Virus record (IMG/VR): IMGVR_UViG_3300047170_000110
DNA length: 45,963 nucleotides
From: an uncultured virus (IMG/VR IMGVR_UViG_3300047170_000110)
Taxonomy: Duplodnaviria > Heunggongvirae > Uroviricota > Caudoviricetes
Direction: 5' to 3' (one strand)
The position numbers were made by a program, and so were the translations under genes. Positions within the stretch are counted from its first letter, which is position 1. The number at the start of each line of letters is the position of its first letter. A model generated the notes under the pieces. It had not been told where the DNA came from. It was given only the letters and a program-made list of their open reading frames with translations, and searched no databases. This document shows positions 1 through 9,326 of this stretch, piece after piece.

Positions 1-36
1 GCTCATCAAACGGCTACTACTCGGAGTCGCCTACTT

Positions 37-336
37 TTGAGAAGTTTTGGGAATAGTCCTGAGATGACTGCGCCCCACCCTATTGTTCTAGTCCTGGCGG
101 CGACAATGAAAGAGTTTGAACACCACGCAATGGTGAGGTTTGAGGAAGGCGCAGAAGGCGAGCTGAACAGATCGCGCGGGCGGGCGGTAATCGATGGGGT
201 TGAGTATCAGTGGATTAAGGATCGAAACACCGTCAGAGGTCGAAGCGGCTTTGAGTTTGAGCGGTGGGGCCGGAGCTGGCTTCACCCAGAAGCGGAAGAA
301 ATTGAACAAGAGATACGGGTTAGGCTTGGACGCTAG
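37..336 (+). CDS. hypothetical protein (true start uncertain, possibly ATG 64)
   Basis: 99-aa ORF, co-directional with downstream genes; no motif recognised. Confidence 0.5.
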   Translation: MRSFGNSPEMTAPHPIVLVLAATMKEFEHHAMVRFEEGAEGELNRSRGRAVIDGVEYQWIKDRNTVRGRSGFEFERWGRSWLHPEAEEIEQEIRVRLGR

Positions 337-359
337 CCCGTGCGTCCCGGGTCTAAACC

Positions 360-590
360 GTGACCAGTAAAGGGAAACTCATGTTGAATCAATACACGCA
401 CTTCGATATTTGCCAGAATGAAAACTGCGAGCGCAAGTGGTGTGTGGATCGCAGAAATGCGAAATGCATAAAAGAGGACGGTTGTGAGATTGAAGCAAAG
501 AGCAAAACCAATCGGTGCAAATGGTGCCACACTAAGTTTTTCTGCTCGGGTTACGGCGAGTGCCCTCTGCACGGGGACCATGGGCCATGA
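360..590 (+). CDS. small Cys-rich (Zn-finger-like) protein
   Basis: CQNENC, CKWC, CPLH motifs; stop overlaps next ATG (ATGA at 587-590). Confidence 0.55.
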   Translation: MTSKGKLMLNQYTHFDICQNENCERKWCVDRRNAKCIKEDGCEIEAKSKTNRCKWCHTKFFCSGYGECPLHGDHGP

Positions 591-1228
591 GTGATCTGAG
601 CCTAGCGGCAGAGCTTTTGACGGGGGAGGAGCAGGGGAACAACCTAAAGCTCTTTTACGCGAAATGGTACGACCAGTTCGATCCGTACACGCTACGCGTG
701 TTTTGCCACTACTACGCCCGCTACGGTATCCCGACGATCGAGTTGATCGATTGGCTGAAGGAACAGATCGCGGGCCGTAGTGCGATCGAGATCGGAGCGG
801 GATCCGGTGACTTAGGCTTCCACCTCAACATTCCGATGACGGACAACTACAATCAGGAAATGCCGGATGTAAAAAAATATTACGCGATCACCGGTCAACC
901 GACGATCCGGTACGGGAAGGACGTGGAGAAGCTCGACGCGCTGGAAGCTCAGGCGAAGTACAAACCCCAGGTCATCATCGGCTCCTGGGTCACTCAGTGG
1001 ATCGATCCCAATCTTCCCCCACCTCCGGGGGGAGGGAACATGTATGGGATCAAGGAGCCCGAGCTGTTGGAGCGGCTGCCTCCCGGCGGCAGTTATATCC
1101 ATATCGGCGCGCATGGGATTCACGATTTCAAGAAGATCTTGGCGCTCCCTCACGAGACGTATGAACTTCCGTTTCTCCGCAGCCGCCGACCGGACAACGT
1201 CGTTTACGTCTGGAACAAACCCCTTTGA
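587..1228 (+). CDS. class I SAM-dependent methyltransferase-like protein
   Basis: AIEIGAGSGDLG matches SAM-binding motif I; start MSDLSL coupled to upstream stop. Confidence 0.65.
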   Translation: MSDLSLAAELLTGEEQGNNLKLFYAKWYDQFDPYTLRVFCHYYARYGIPTIELIDWLKEQIAGRSAIEIGAGSGDLGFHLNIPMTDNYNQEMPDVKKYYAITGQPTIRYGKDVEKLDALEAQAKYKPQVIIGSWVTQWIDPNLPPPPGGGNMYGIKEPELLERLPPGGSYIHIGAHGIHDFKKILALPHETYELPFLRSRRPDNVVYVWNKPL

Positions 1229-1234
1229 TTCGAT

Positions 1235-1342
1235 GTGGTCGTTCGCCTAAAGGGTAAGGCACCTCCCGGCGGAGGAACGAGGGTGAAGTGGCGCTGAAGT
1301 AGCCCTCGTGGTGGAGAGTTCGAATCCCTCCCGATCACACCA
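1235..1342 (+). ncRNA. tRNA-like RNA with 4-nt loop in place of the anticodon loop and a long extra arm
   Basis: Acceptor GTGGTCG/CGATCAC + A-CCA; D arm GCCT-AAAGGGTA-AGGC; CCTCC-CGGC-GGAGG; ACGAGGG..CCCTCGT arm; T loop TTCGAAT. Confidence 0.75.
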
Positions 1343-1347
1343 AAAAC

Positions 1348-1371
1348 AAAGGGCCCCTTGCGGAGCCCTTT
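1348..1371. terminator. hairpin between convergent units
   Basis: AAAGGGC..GCCCTTT inverted repeat between tRNA-like RNA and tail tube 3' end. Confidence 0.5.
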
Positions 1372-1407
1372 GCCGAGGAGGTAAGTGGTGACAAAGCCGC
1401 TTACGCT

Positions 1408-1929
1408 TTACTGAACTCGAATGCGGGAGACGTAGGCCAGCTGACCGGTGATCTTGTGGATGTAGTTTCCATCCGCCGTCCACGCGTCGGGGTTCTTCGT
1501 CTTCAGCCAGCAACCCGAATATTGGTACACGCGGTACGGATCGGTGCCCTTGTACAGGAACTCTTGGATGACGAAAGGCCGCGTCTGGTCGGTCAGATCC
1601 TGGAACACGCTCGTGTAGCCGAGCGTGATTTCCAGCTCTTCATCCCACACTTCCGTGCGGGCGAAGCTGACCGTGAAGCCGGTGGCTTTGCCAGGGACGT
1701 AATCGACAGGCTTGCCGATGGTCACCTTGGACAATTCGTAAACGTGCTCGCCGTCCCGGTTGTAGGCGCCTTCCGGCTGCCAGGAGTTGATGCGGCCCAC
1801 GATATTCCCCGCCACGACCAGAGCGGCCCCGTGGTAGGTCATGGTCGTCGGGGCACCTGGATCGGTGAAATCCAGGGTGGCGCTTTGCACGCCGAAGGCA
1901 TTGGTGGCGAATGGACTTGGATTCGGCAT
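1408..1929 (-). CDS. tail tube protein
   Basis: 173 aa; 'VAGNIVGRINSW..YNRDGEHVYEL..VDYVPG..RTEVW..DQTRPFVIQE..YSGCW' resembles myophage tube proteins; AGGAGA RBS and late motif upstream. Confidence 0.8.
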   Translation of the reverse strand: MPNPSPFATNAFGVQSATLDFTDPGAPTTMTYHGAALVVAGNIVGRINSWQPEGAYNRDGEHVYELSKVTIGKPVDYVPGKATGFTVSFARTEVWDEELEITLGYTSVFQDLTDQTRPFVIQEFLYKGTDPYRVYQYSGCWLKTKNPDAWTADGNYIHKITGQLAYVSRIRVQ

Positions 1930-1955
1930 GGGGTGTCTCCTTGAACTCTCTGATT

Positions 1956-1965
1956 AAAAATAACC
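1956..1965 (-). promoter_or_regulatory. putative late promoter motif (GGTTATTTTT)
   Basis: Related motif recurs upstream of more than 12 genes in the window (see findings). Confidence 0.6.
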
Positions 1966-1977
1966 TGGGTTTACGAG

Positions 1978-2274
1978 CTAGGCGGCATTCCCTGACCCAC
2001 CCCGCCGGTAAGGCTGAAGCAGGTAGGGACCTTGGGACGTGAGGAAGAGGAAGTCGCCCGGACGGGCTTCGGGTGGGAACTGGATGCGGGATAGGGCAGG
2101 CAGTAGGGGACGGAGGCCTTCAGGAACTCGGTGGACCGAATCTACGCGAGCGATCAGGATGTCCCCGACCGTGGGGTTGCCATGGAGAACAAACGGCTGA
2201 CCGGCGGTCGGCGACTGCTGGTAGTAGCCTTCCACCTTGTGGCTGCCGAGCTTGGTCAAAGTTCCGTAGTTCAT
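1978..2274 (-). CDS. hypothetical protein (MNYGTLTKLG...)
   Basis: ATG overlaps GNAT-gene stop (TGATG); 98 aa. Confidence 0.55.
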   Translation of the reverse strand: MNYGTLTKLGSHKVEGYYQQSPTAGQPFVLHGNPTVGDILIARVDSVHRVPEGLRPLLPALSRIQFPPEARPGDFLFLTSQGPYLLQPYRRGGSGNAA

Positions 2275-3092
2275 CAGAGTACCCGGTACCGGTCTGGGGT
2301 TTTGGTCTTCTCGATCGACTTGCGGGCGATCAGGTACTGGATCGCCAGCCCGATCCGGTTCGCCTCCTTCGGGGTCATGTGGAGCATCTGGCAGAGGTCC
2401 TGAGGGGTCACGGCACTGCCCTTGGGGTGCTCCTTGCGGTGGAACTCCAGGTAGTGCTTCAGCTCGACTCCCAGACGCTTGCCCGGGCGGTCCTGGGTGC
2501 GGACGAAGTTGCGCTTCCAGAATTCCTCGTCCGTCAGATCCGGCAGAGGCGCGTCGGCCAGGACGGCGGAAGTAGTAGGGTACTGGGCCCATTCGTCTGC
2601 CTGGGCTTCCTCCCACCCGATCGAGTCTAATGGACGGGCATGGAAGCCAGCCGCGTCGATCATGCTCTTCAGCTTAGGCCATTCGTTAGCGGAGTAGAGG
2701 AGGGTGGGGTCGTCCAGCTCCGGATCGAAGAACTCATTCCGGTAGGTTTTCAACACCGCTTGAATAAGTTTTTCTCCCAGGCCCTGGCGTCTCTGAGAGT
2801 CCGCCACGAAAACGCCGATCACTGGAGCCCCGTTGCGCCCGCGCGTCCGCCCGATCCCGGACCATCCGACAGGGGTATCGCCCTGGTAGGCCACTTCCGC
2901 CCAGCTCGGTGAGTATTGGGCTTCCGGATCCGCCAGCCATTTGGTGAAGGCGGAAGTGCCCCCGTCGGGGCCTTTTTCGCTGAGCCGGAGATCCTTCAGC
3001 TGCGCGGCTAGTTCCGGAGTGAAGTCCAGCGACTTGATCTGGATTGCCTGCGCAATCACTTGCTGTAGGTGGGGAAACCGCGTGGAGGCCAT
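2274..3092 (-). CDS. GNAT acetyltransferase domain plus small C-terminal domain
   Basis: GVFVADSQRRQGLGEKLI = GNAT acetyl-CoA binding motif A; preceding 'VAYQGDTPVGW' strand. Confidence 0.75.
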   Translation of the reverse strand: MASTRFPHLQQVIAQAIQIKSLDFTPELAAQLKDLRLSEKGPDGGTSAFTKWLADPEAQYSPSWAEVAYQGDTPVGWSGIGRTRGRNGAPVIGVFVADSQRRQGLGEKLIQAVLKTYRNEFFDPELDDPTLLYSANEWPKLKSMIDAAGFHARPLDSIGWEEAQADEWAQYPTTSAVLADAPLPDLTDEEFWKRNFVRTQDRPGKRLGVELKHYLEFHRKEHPKGSAVTPQDLCQMLHMTPKEANRIGLAIQYLIARKSIEKTKTPDRYRVL

Positions 3093-3124
3093 ACCCTTAA
3101 ATTAATCCATGTTATTCTTGAAGG

Positions 3125-3415
3125 GTGAGGCACCAAGGATGGAACCTCTTGCTGTTGGCGGCAGTAGCCTGTTTGACGCAAAAAGATTTGTGGGATGTGG
3201 CGTGCGCGACGGGTTGCAAAAAGGACGGGCATGATGGCGGACATGCCGCGATCGTGAACAAGAAAGCCATGTGCGTCTGTGAACGGATTTACGAGTTCGA
3301 ATATACGACCGGAAAGCGCTTGAGAATTCCAAGCTACTCGCGCCAGCCTTCAGGCGACAACGCCGTGGACATGAACTTCAACCCGAGTCGTTGGCAGGAA
3401 CCCAAGGACAACTGA
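3125..3415 (+). CDS. secreted or lipid-anchored Cys-rich small protein
   Basis: Hydrophobic N-terminus LLLLAAVAC; CxxxC...GG...CxC; late motif 13 nt before GTG. Confidence 0.55.
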   Translation: MRHQGWNLLLLAAVACLTQKDLWDVACATGCKKDGHDGGHAAIVNKKAMCVCERIYEFEYTTGKRLRIPSYSRQPSGDNAVDMNFNPSRWQEPKDN

Positions 3416-3416
3416 C

Positions 3417-5693
3417 TTAGGGAAGGATCGACGGAGCGGGAGCGAGCCCGCCTTGGTACGGCGTCGATTGTCCGGCCGCGTAGTAGTTGATCCAGAAGTT
3501 GAGGAGCGCGCACGCCGCACCCCAAGCCGATTGCGGCGCCGGGGCGAGATCCTGGAGCGCGCTAAGCTGATTGAAGTATTCGTACACGGACATGGAAAAA
3601 CCGTAGAGCGCGACCGCAACGGCCGGTAACGTGGCGTCGTTCGAATTCAGAAGGGTCAGATTCGTGACCGTTCCGGCATCGTCGAAGCAGCTCTGGGTCG
3701 TGACCGTGTTCCCGCTTTGCGCGAGATTGACCGTCATGATCTGGATGCTGGTGTTGGCGCGCAGGAACGTTGCTGCAATCGCCGTGTTGGCCGGGATTCC
3801 GACCGAGCAGACGTTCGAACCCCAAGCGAAGCTGAGGGTATTGGTGCTTGCGGGGATCCAGATCCGGACTCCCGTCGTGCCCGTGTACCCGGCGTCGAAC
3901 AGCACTTGATCCGTATCCGCAGGCGTGTAGGCGAAAACCAAGCCCATCAGGAAGCCGTTGCCCGAGGAGATTTCGGACGGGACCGTGAAGGAGTCGGAGC
4001 CGCCGCATTGGACGTACGGGTTCGGCAGGCCATTGCTGCCTGCACCGGTCAGGATGATGCTGCCGTTCGAAGGGTTGGTTCTCTCGCCCACACCCGTCCA
4101 GTCAAGCAGACCGATGTCTTGTCCCATCGAGGGGGCGTTCGCGAAGTTCTGAAAAACGTCCGATGCGTTCAGGAAGGTGATGAAGCCCGGCACGTCCCAC
4201 ACGAGATTGGCGGGAGGGGTGACCGTCACGTTTGCTCCCCCGTTCGGGCCATAAGCGGTCGAACCCACGGTGAGTGCGGCCGAGGATACGAGAGTCAGGC
4301 CATCGATGACCGCGTCCTGGTTGCCCAGGTAAAGTACGGCGAACAGGATGTGCGTGACGATCCCATAGGTCTCGTATGCCTGCATGTCCTGGAAGGCCAC
4401 GAAATGGAAATTCACGTCGGCGTTGTTCGGATTCACATCCGAAGTGTCCATCGCGAAGTTCGAGATGATCCAGCCCTTCAGGTGTCCCAAATAAGGCACG
4501 AGTTCCGCGTAAGAAGTTCCGGCAGGGGTACCGAAGTCGAAACGATTCGCGGGGGCAGGGGCCGGGCCGTAATGCGTCACCCAGCCCTGGGATTGCCAGT
4601 AGGCGTCCGAGCAGCTCACCCCGTTGACCGTCAGGTCGTCGGGAAGGAGCCCAAAATCTCCGCCAGTGATCGCTTCGCTGGGCTCGAATTCCAGGGCGGT
4701 CAAAGCAAGCCCGTAGGTCGGTTGATCGAAGTAACCGGTGCGGACGAAAGTGGAATCGATCCCGCCCGTCATGAACGAACCGCCCTCAGTGGCGGTTCCG
4801 GAGGGATTCAGCTTGCTTCCAGCCTGTCCGGCGACCGAAGGACTCGCGTAGCTGTAAGCGAACGTGTCGCCAGGAAGAATGGGGTTCGTGACCGGCGCTG
4901 TGAGAACCCAGGCGCTCGTTCCGTCGTAAGACTCGACGGTCGAAGTCGTTCCGGCGTTCGCACTGCCGGGAAGCCAGTAGATGACCCAGTTGTTATCGCC
5001 GCTGCCCAGCGAGACAGGCGCGATGAAATGCGTGCTGTCGGCCGAAGACGTGACGGTAGGGGCAGGATTCGGGTAGTACCAGAAGGTGTCGCCAGGAGAA
5101 ATGGGGCTCGACGTTGGGGCACTGAGCACCCAGGTCCCGCTGTTGAAATCGGCGATCGTGGAGGTCGATCCGGTGTTGGCACCAGAAGCCCAATAGATGT
5201 TCCAGCCTACAGCCGCGCCGGGAGGAGAGGCGCCGCCCGGAATAAAAGCATGACTGCCGTCACCGACCGTGCCGACGAGCGCCGAATTTCCTATCGTGCC
5301 GACAAGCATCGATCCGGCTTGCAGGACGAAGTTCGAACCGCCCGCGTACCCGACCACAGTATAGAGCGTGGAGATCGGGGGGTTGTTCGGGAAGCCTGGG
5401 ATCGGTTGCGAGCCGAAAGCCGAGACGAGATTGGCGACGATCTGCGCGGCGCTTCCGGATGAGATGTCGATCGAGATCTGACCGGTAACGGTATCGCCCG
5501 TGGCCGTGAACAAGAAGGTGATGTTGGGGAGGTTTTGCTGCCCCAACGTCGCCTGGAGAGTCCACGTATCCCCTTCCACGAGATTCGGAACGTCCTCGAT
5601 GTTCGTGATCGTGACGGTCGAGGTCGCCTGGACAAGTGCTTGCGATTGAACGAAAGCCGAAGCTTCCAATGACTTAAAGCGAACACTCGCCAT
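3417..5693 (-). CDS. virion structural protein, tail fiber/receptor-binding-like
   Basis: 758 aa, acidic, G/S/T-rich, beta-strand-like; internal duplication (W.IYW..G..AG.TST..WVL.AP...PI.PGDTF.Y); LamG-like C-terminus; AAGGAG RBS. Confidence 0.6.
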   Translation of the reverse strand: MASVRFKSLEASAFVQSQALVQATSTVTITNIEDVPNLVEGDTWTLQATLGQQNLPNITFLFTATGDTVTGQISIDISSGSAAQIVANLVSAFGSQPIPGFPNNPPISTLYTVVGYAGGSNFVLQAGSMLVGTIGNSALVGTVGDGSHAFIPGGASPPGAAVGWNIYWASGANTGSTSTIADFNSGTWVLSAPTSSPISPGDTFWYYPNPAPTVTSSADSTHFIAPVSLGSGDNNWVIYWLPGSANAGTTSTVESYDGTSAWVLTAPVTNPILPGDTFAYSYASPSVAGQAGSKLNPSGTATEGGSFMTGGIDSTFVRTGYFDQPTYGLALTALEFEPSEAITGGDFGLLPDDLTVNGVSCSDAYWQSQGWVTHYGPAPAPANRFDFGTPAGTSYAELVPYLGHLKGWIISNFAMDTSDVNPNNADVNFHFVAFQDMQAYETYGIVTHILFAVLYLGNQDAVIDGLTLVSSAALTVGSTAYGPNGGANVTVTPPANLVWDVPGFITFLNASDVFQNFANAPSMGQDIGLLDWTGVGERTNPSNGSIILTGAGSNGLPNPYVQCGGSDSFTVPSEISSGNGFLMGLVFAYTPADTDQVLFDAGYTGTTGVRIWIPASTNTLSFAWGSNVCSVGIPANTAIAATFLRANTSIQIMTVNLAQSGNTVTTQSCFDDAGTVTNLTLLNSNDATLPAVAVALYGFSMSVYEYFNQLSALQDLAPAPQSAWGAACALLNFWINYYAAGQSTPYQGGLAPAPSILP

Positions 5694-5730
5694 GGTGATT
5701 CTCCTTAGGGGCTACAGGGGAAGGATCGAA

Positions 5731-6495
5731 TTACTTTTTGACGAGTTGCTGTGCGTATTTCTTGTCACCGTAAGCTTCTTCGAAATACTTCGCGAGCTTT
5801 GCGGACTCGTTCGGGGTCTTCTCAGCGTTTTGCGCCTGAAGATCGAGAACGCCTTCCTTCGCGATCACGGCTTCTTTGCCCGCCAAGGTCTTGGCCTTGT
5901 AGCCACCCTTGATTGCGGCGGTGATCTCCAGGGCCTGGATCTCGCCACGATAGAACGACTTCACGATGTCGCCCGGAACCAGCAACTCTTTCGCGGCGGC
6001 CACGGAGGCCAAGCTCACGGACGGAGTCTCGGTGACGAACATGCGGTTCCGGCGCATCGCGATGATCTGCTCGATGTTGTCTTCGGAATTCTTGGCGAGG
6101 ATTTTCTTCCCGTCCTGATCCTTGACTTCCCAGTGGTCGCGCAGCTCGTTGTCCAAGTAGAGGTTGCCGACGATGACCGGAGTCATCTTCGCCTTGTCTT
6201 TGGTGTCTTCGAAATCGCGAGTCGGGATGTCCTGCTTCGCGACGATCGAAATTGCCCGGCCCTTGATCGCGCAAGACGCCATCACGGGGAGGATCTTGCC
6301 TTCGAAGGTCTTACGGAAGTAGTGTTCGATTTCGTTGCCCGTCGGCTTCCCGTGCTTCGGCTCGTATTCGAGCAGAACGTGGGCGGAGACAGAATCCAAT
6401 TTCTGGAAATCCGCGATGGACAGATCCCCGCGCACGCCAGTAGCCAAGTTCGCTGTCACTTTTTTAATCAGGCGATCGTAGTTCATTTTTTCCAT
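5731..6495 (-). CDS. putative virion/head-associated protein
   Basis: 254 aa, strong RBS, late motif at 6528-6539. Confidence 0.55.
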   Translation of the reverse strand: MEKMNYDRLIKKVTANLATGVRGDLSIADFQKLDSVSAHVLLEYEPKHGKPTGNEIEHYFRKTFEGKILPVMASCAIKGRAISIVAKQDIPTRDFEDTKDKAKMTPVIVGNLYLDNELRDHWEVKDQDGKKILAKNSEDNIEQIIAMRRNRMFVTETPSVSLASVAAAKELLVPGDIVKSFYRGEIQALEITAAIKGGYKAKTLAGKEAVIAKEGVLDLQAQNAEKTPNESAKLAKYFEEAYGDKKYAQQLVKK

Positions 6496-6545
6496 CTCTC
6501 CTTAGGCAGAGGCAAAGTTTCTACTTGAAATAATAACCCAGCTTT

Positions 6546-9317
6546 TCAACTCCCGAAGGGAGCCCCCGCTCCGTATCGATTTTTCATCGCATCCCGGTTG
6601 TTCAAAGCGGGGGTCAAATTGATCGTCGTGTGGAGAAGGACATCCCCTTGGGAGTTCGAAGTCGCCATGCCCGAGAGGGTCGGAACCGAGCCTCCCCCGG
6701 CTTGCGAAGCCCCACCCCCACCCGCCGCGCCTCCCGCCTGCGCGTACTGTGGAACGCTGGAAACCGGGGTGTTCTCGATCTCATTGTTGCTCCCCGCTAC
6801 CCCCGCCATCTTTTCGGCACCCTCGTCTCCCGGGGCCTTCTCTCCGGCCGCCCCCGGCTCGGTGAGCCCGAACATGTCGGCAAGCTTCCCGCCCAGCCAG
6901 TCACCCGCATAGGATCCCGCCATTCCGCCCGCCGCCGTACCGACGCCCGGCAGAAGCGCCGTCCCTCCGATCCCTCCGAGCACACCCCCCACCCCGGATC
7001 CGACGGCCTTCAGGGCGCTCCGTCCGACCCCCTCGCCCGAAGCGACGTTTAAACCAAAGTCCACGAGGCCCGAGATCGGGCCTGCGAGCTTCCCGACCGC
7101 ATGACTGATCCCCTTCAAGCCGCTCATGCCGCCCTTCAAGCCGCTCAGCGTTCCCTTGAGGAGACGGCTCGAAGCCTTCAGGCCTCCGCGCAACCCCCCG
7201 CCTTTGATCGCTTGAACGACTCTCTTAGCGCCGCCCGCTCCCTTGAAGGCTTTCCAAAGGCCCGTACCGGTGCCGCCACTTCCACCAAACGTATCCCCGT
7301 TGGTCTTAGCTAGGATCTCCCGGATGTGGCGCAGTTCGCTGTACTGCTTGTAATTCGCAAGCAGGATCAACCCGAGCGACGCGATTCCCGTGACGATCTT
7401 GCCTACGCCCGATTGGAGCGCTTGCATGACCCCTTGGAAGTCCCCACCCGTCATGAAGTTGGCCGCAGCGCGCTTCTTCTCTTCCGCCTTCGCGGCAGCC
7501 TTGAGCTTCTCCCCATTGCCTTGGAGGTCCGACAGATCCCCGCGCAGGAGGTTGGCTTTCGCCGTCTGGCCTTTCTTCTCGGCCTCGGCGATGGCGGCTT
7601 GAAGCGCGTCAATGCGGTCTTTCTTCTTGGCTTCGATCTGATCGTTGGAGATCCCAAGCTGCTTCTTGTGCTCCTCGGTGATGCTCTTTTCGATCATCTC
7701 CTTGAGCTTCGCGTGATTCGCCTCGTCCTTGTAATAGTCCGCCGCGTCTTCGGTCAGGCCGTACTGATCTTTGAGCTGCTGGGCGGTGAGAGTCTTGAAC
7801 TTCTCGGCGCGCTCTTCCGCCTGCTGGCCCATCTTGGCCTGGTCGATCATTTGGTTCTGGAGGATCGGATCGGAGATCCCGTAAACGGATTGGATGACCT
7901 GCGCGGCCTGCTCGCCGCCTTGGGAGATGAGCTTGTTCAGCTGCTTTTCCATCGCCGACAGGCCCACGCTCGTGTCCTGAAGAAGCCCCTGCACCAAACG
8001 CTCCTTGGTGTACTGGCTCTTCGAAGTGTCTTTCATGATCGCCTGGACCTGCGCGGTCAGCCCCGGCTTCGCCTTCTCCAGCTGCGCGGACAGAGCGCCG
8101 CCGATACCGCCGTTCGAATCGGTCGCCTTTTTGATCGTCTGGAACAGGTCGCGACCCGCCAGGATCCGAGTCCAATCGGGCGCTTCGGTCGTGAGTTTCT
8201 TCACGTAGGTGCTTGCGCCCTTCAATGCCTGCTCGTAGTTGGCCCCCTGGGACTGGAGTGCGACCAGGTTCTTGGTAATCATCTTGGCCATCAACTCTTG
8301 GTCTTGCGCGCCCGACTGGCTCTCGCGAGTGATGTCGAACAAGACCTTCGTCACGTCGCGCCCACGGACGATCGTCGTGGCCATGCCGGAATTCATCTTC
8401 TCGGTCTGATCCCGGATGCTTTGCATGACCTGGGCGGACTGGGCTCCGGAGCGGCCGAACTTGAGCTGGGATTCGACGACGTAATCGGTCGCATCCCCGA
8501 GCGAGACGTTCAAGGCCTTTGACAGGTAGCCGGTGGCGACTGTCAGGTCTTTCATCTGATCGGCTTGCTTGGCCAACCCGTCCTTCATGGAGGTGATCTG
8601 GGAGAATTCCTTGAACGCGGCCGAGCCTTCCTCGGTCGAGATCCCGAGCTTGCCCATCTCGAACGCCACCTTGGTCAGGTTCGTCCCGTACGCGACGGCC
8701 GCTTTGCCAAGCGTTGCGAAGTCCTTGTCGAAGTTCCCGCTCATCCCCAGGAAGGATCCGGAGGTGACGGAGATGTCCACGACATCCTGGACGCTCTTGC
8801 CCATCGCCTTGAGTCCTGAAATCAACCGCTCGGTCGTGAATAGGTAGGCGGCGGCTTTGGTGATCGACGAATCGAACATCTTGCCGATCGAGGAGGTGGA
8901 GGACTGGATCTCTTTCAGGTAGTCTTTCTGCGCGGTGATCTGCTTCTGGGATTGGTCGAGCGACTTGCCCTTCAGCTTCACTTCCTCGTTCAAGGATTCG
9001 AGAGCTTTCTCCTTGAGCGCGAGCTGGGCTTTGTCCATCGTCGCGTCGGACTTCTTGAGCTTCTCGATCTCTTCGAGGATCTTCTTGCGCTTCTTGTCCA
9101 GCTCCTGGAGGTTCGTCTGGGTTTCCAGGACCTGGGAGGTATTTTTGGCGATCGACTCGTAGATCTTGGAGAGGCCTTGGAGTTGCTGGGCGGATTTGCC
9201 CGTCGCTTCGGCCGCTTTCGCGGCGAAGATGTCGGCCATCTCCTGGGCTTTCTGGAGATTGGATTGCAGCCCCTTGGTCGCGGCGGCTAATTTATCAATA
9301 TCCTGTTCGTTTGCCAC
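6546..9317 (-). CDS. tape measure protein
   Basis: 923 aa helical/coiled-coil A/K/Q-rich; Gly-rich 'GGVLGGIGG..PGVGTAAGGMAGSYAG' C-terminal segment; downstream of G/GT chaperone. Confidence 0.75.
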   Translation of the reverse strand: MANEQDIDKLAAATKGLQSNLQKAQEMADIFAAKAAEATGKSAQQLQGLSKIYESIAKNTSQVLETQTNLQELDKKRKKILEEIEKLKKSDATMDKAQLALKEKALESLNEEVKLKGKSLDQSQKQITAQKDYLKEIQSSTSSIGKMFDSSITKAAAYLFTTERLISGLKAMGKSVQDVVDISVTSGSFLGMSGNFDKDFATLGKAAVAYGTNLTKVAFEMGKLGISTEEGSAAFKEFSQITSMKDGLAKQADQMKDLTVATGYLSKALNVSLGDATDYVVESQLKFGRSGAQSAQVMQSIRDQTEKMNSGMATTIVRGRDVTKVLFDITRESQSGAQDQELMAKMITKNLVALQSQGANYEQALKGASTYVKKLTTEAPDWTRILAGRDLFQTIKKATDSNGGIGGALSAQLEKAKPGLTAQVQAIMKDTSKSQYTKERLVQGLLQDTSVGLSAMEKQLNKLISQGGEQAAQVIQSVYGISDPILQNQMIDQAKMGQQAEERAEKFKTLTAQQLKDQYGLTEDAADYYKDEANHAKLKEMIEKSITEEHKKQLGISNDQIEAKKKDRIDALQAAIAEAEKKGQTAKANLLRGDLSDLQGNGEKLKAAAKAEEKKRAAANFMTGGDFQGVMQALQSGVGKIVTGIASLGLILLANYKQYSELRHIREILAKTNGDTFGGSGGTGTGLWKAFKGAGGAKRVVQAIKGGGLRGGLKASSRLLKGTLSGLKGGMSGLKGISHAVGKLAGPISGLVDFGLNVASGEGVGRSALKAVGSGVGGVLGGIGGTALLPGVGTAAGGMAGSYAGDWLGGKLADMFGLTEPGAAGEKAPGDEGAEKMAGVAGSNNEIENTPVSSVPQYAQAGGAAGGGGASQAGGGSVPTLSGMATSNSQGDVLLHTTINLTPALNNRDAMKNRYGAGAPFGS

Positions 9318-9326
9318 GGGTGCCCT

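Noticed and set aside
1235..1342. tRNA-Sec call for the 13-bp acceptor/T RNA
   Set aside because: No UCA anticodon and no 6-bp D stem.
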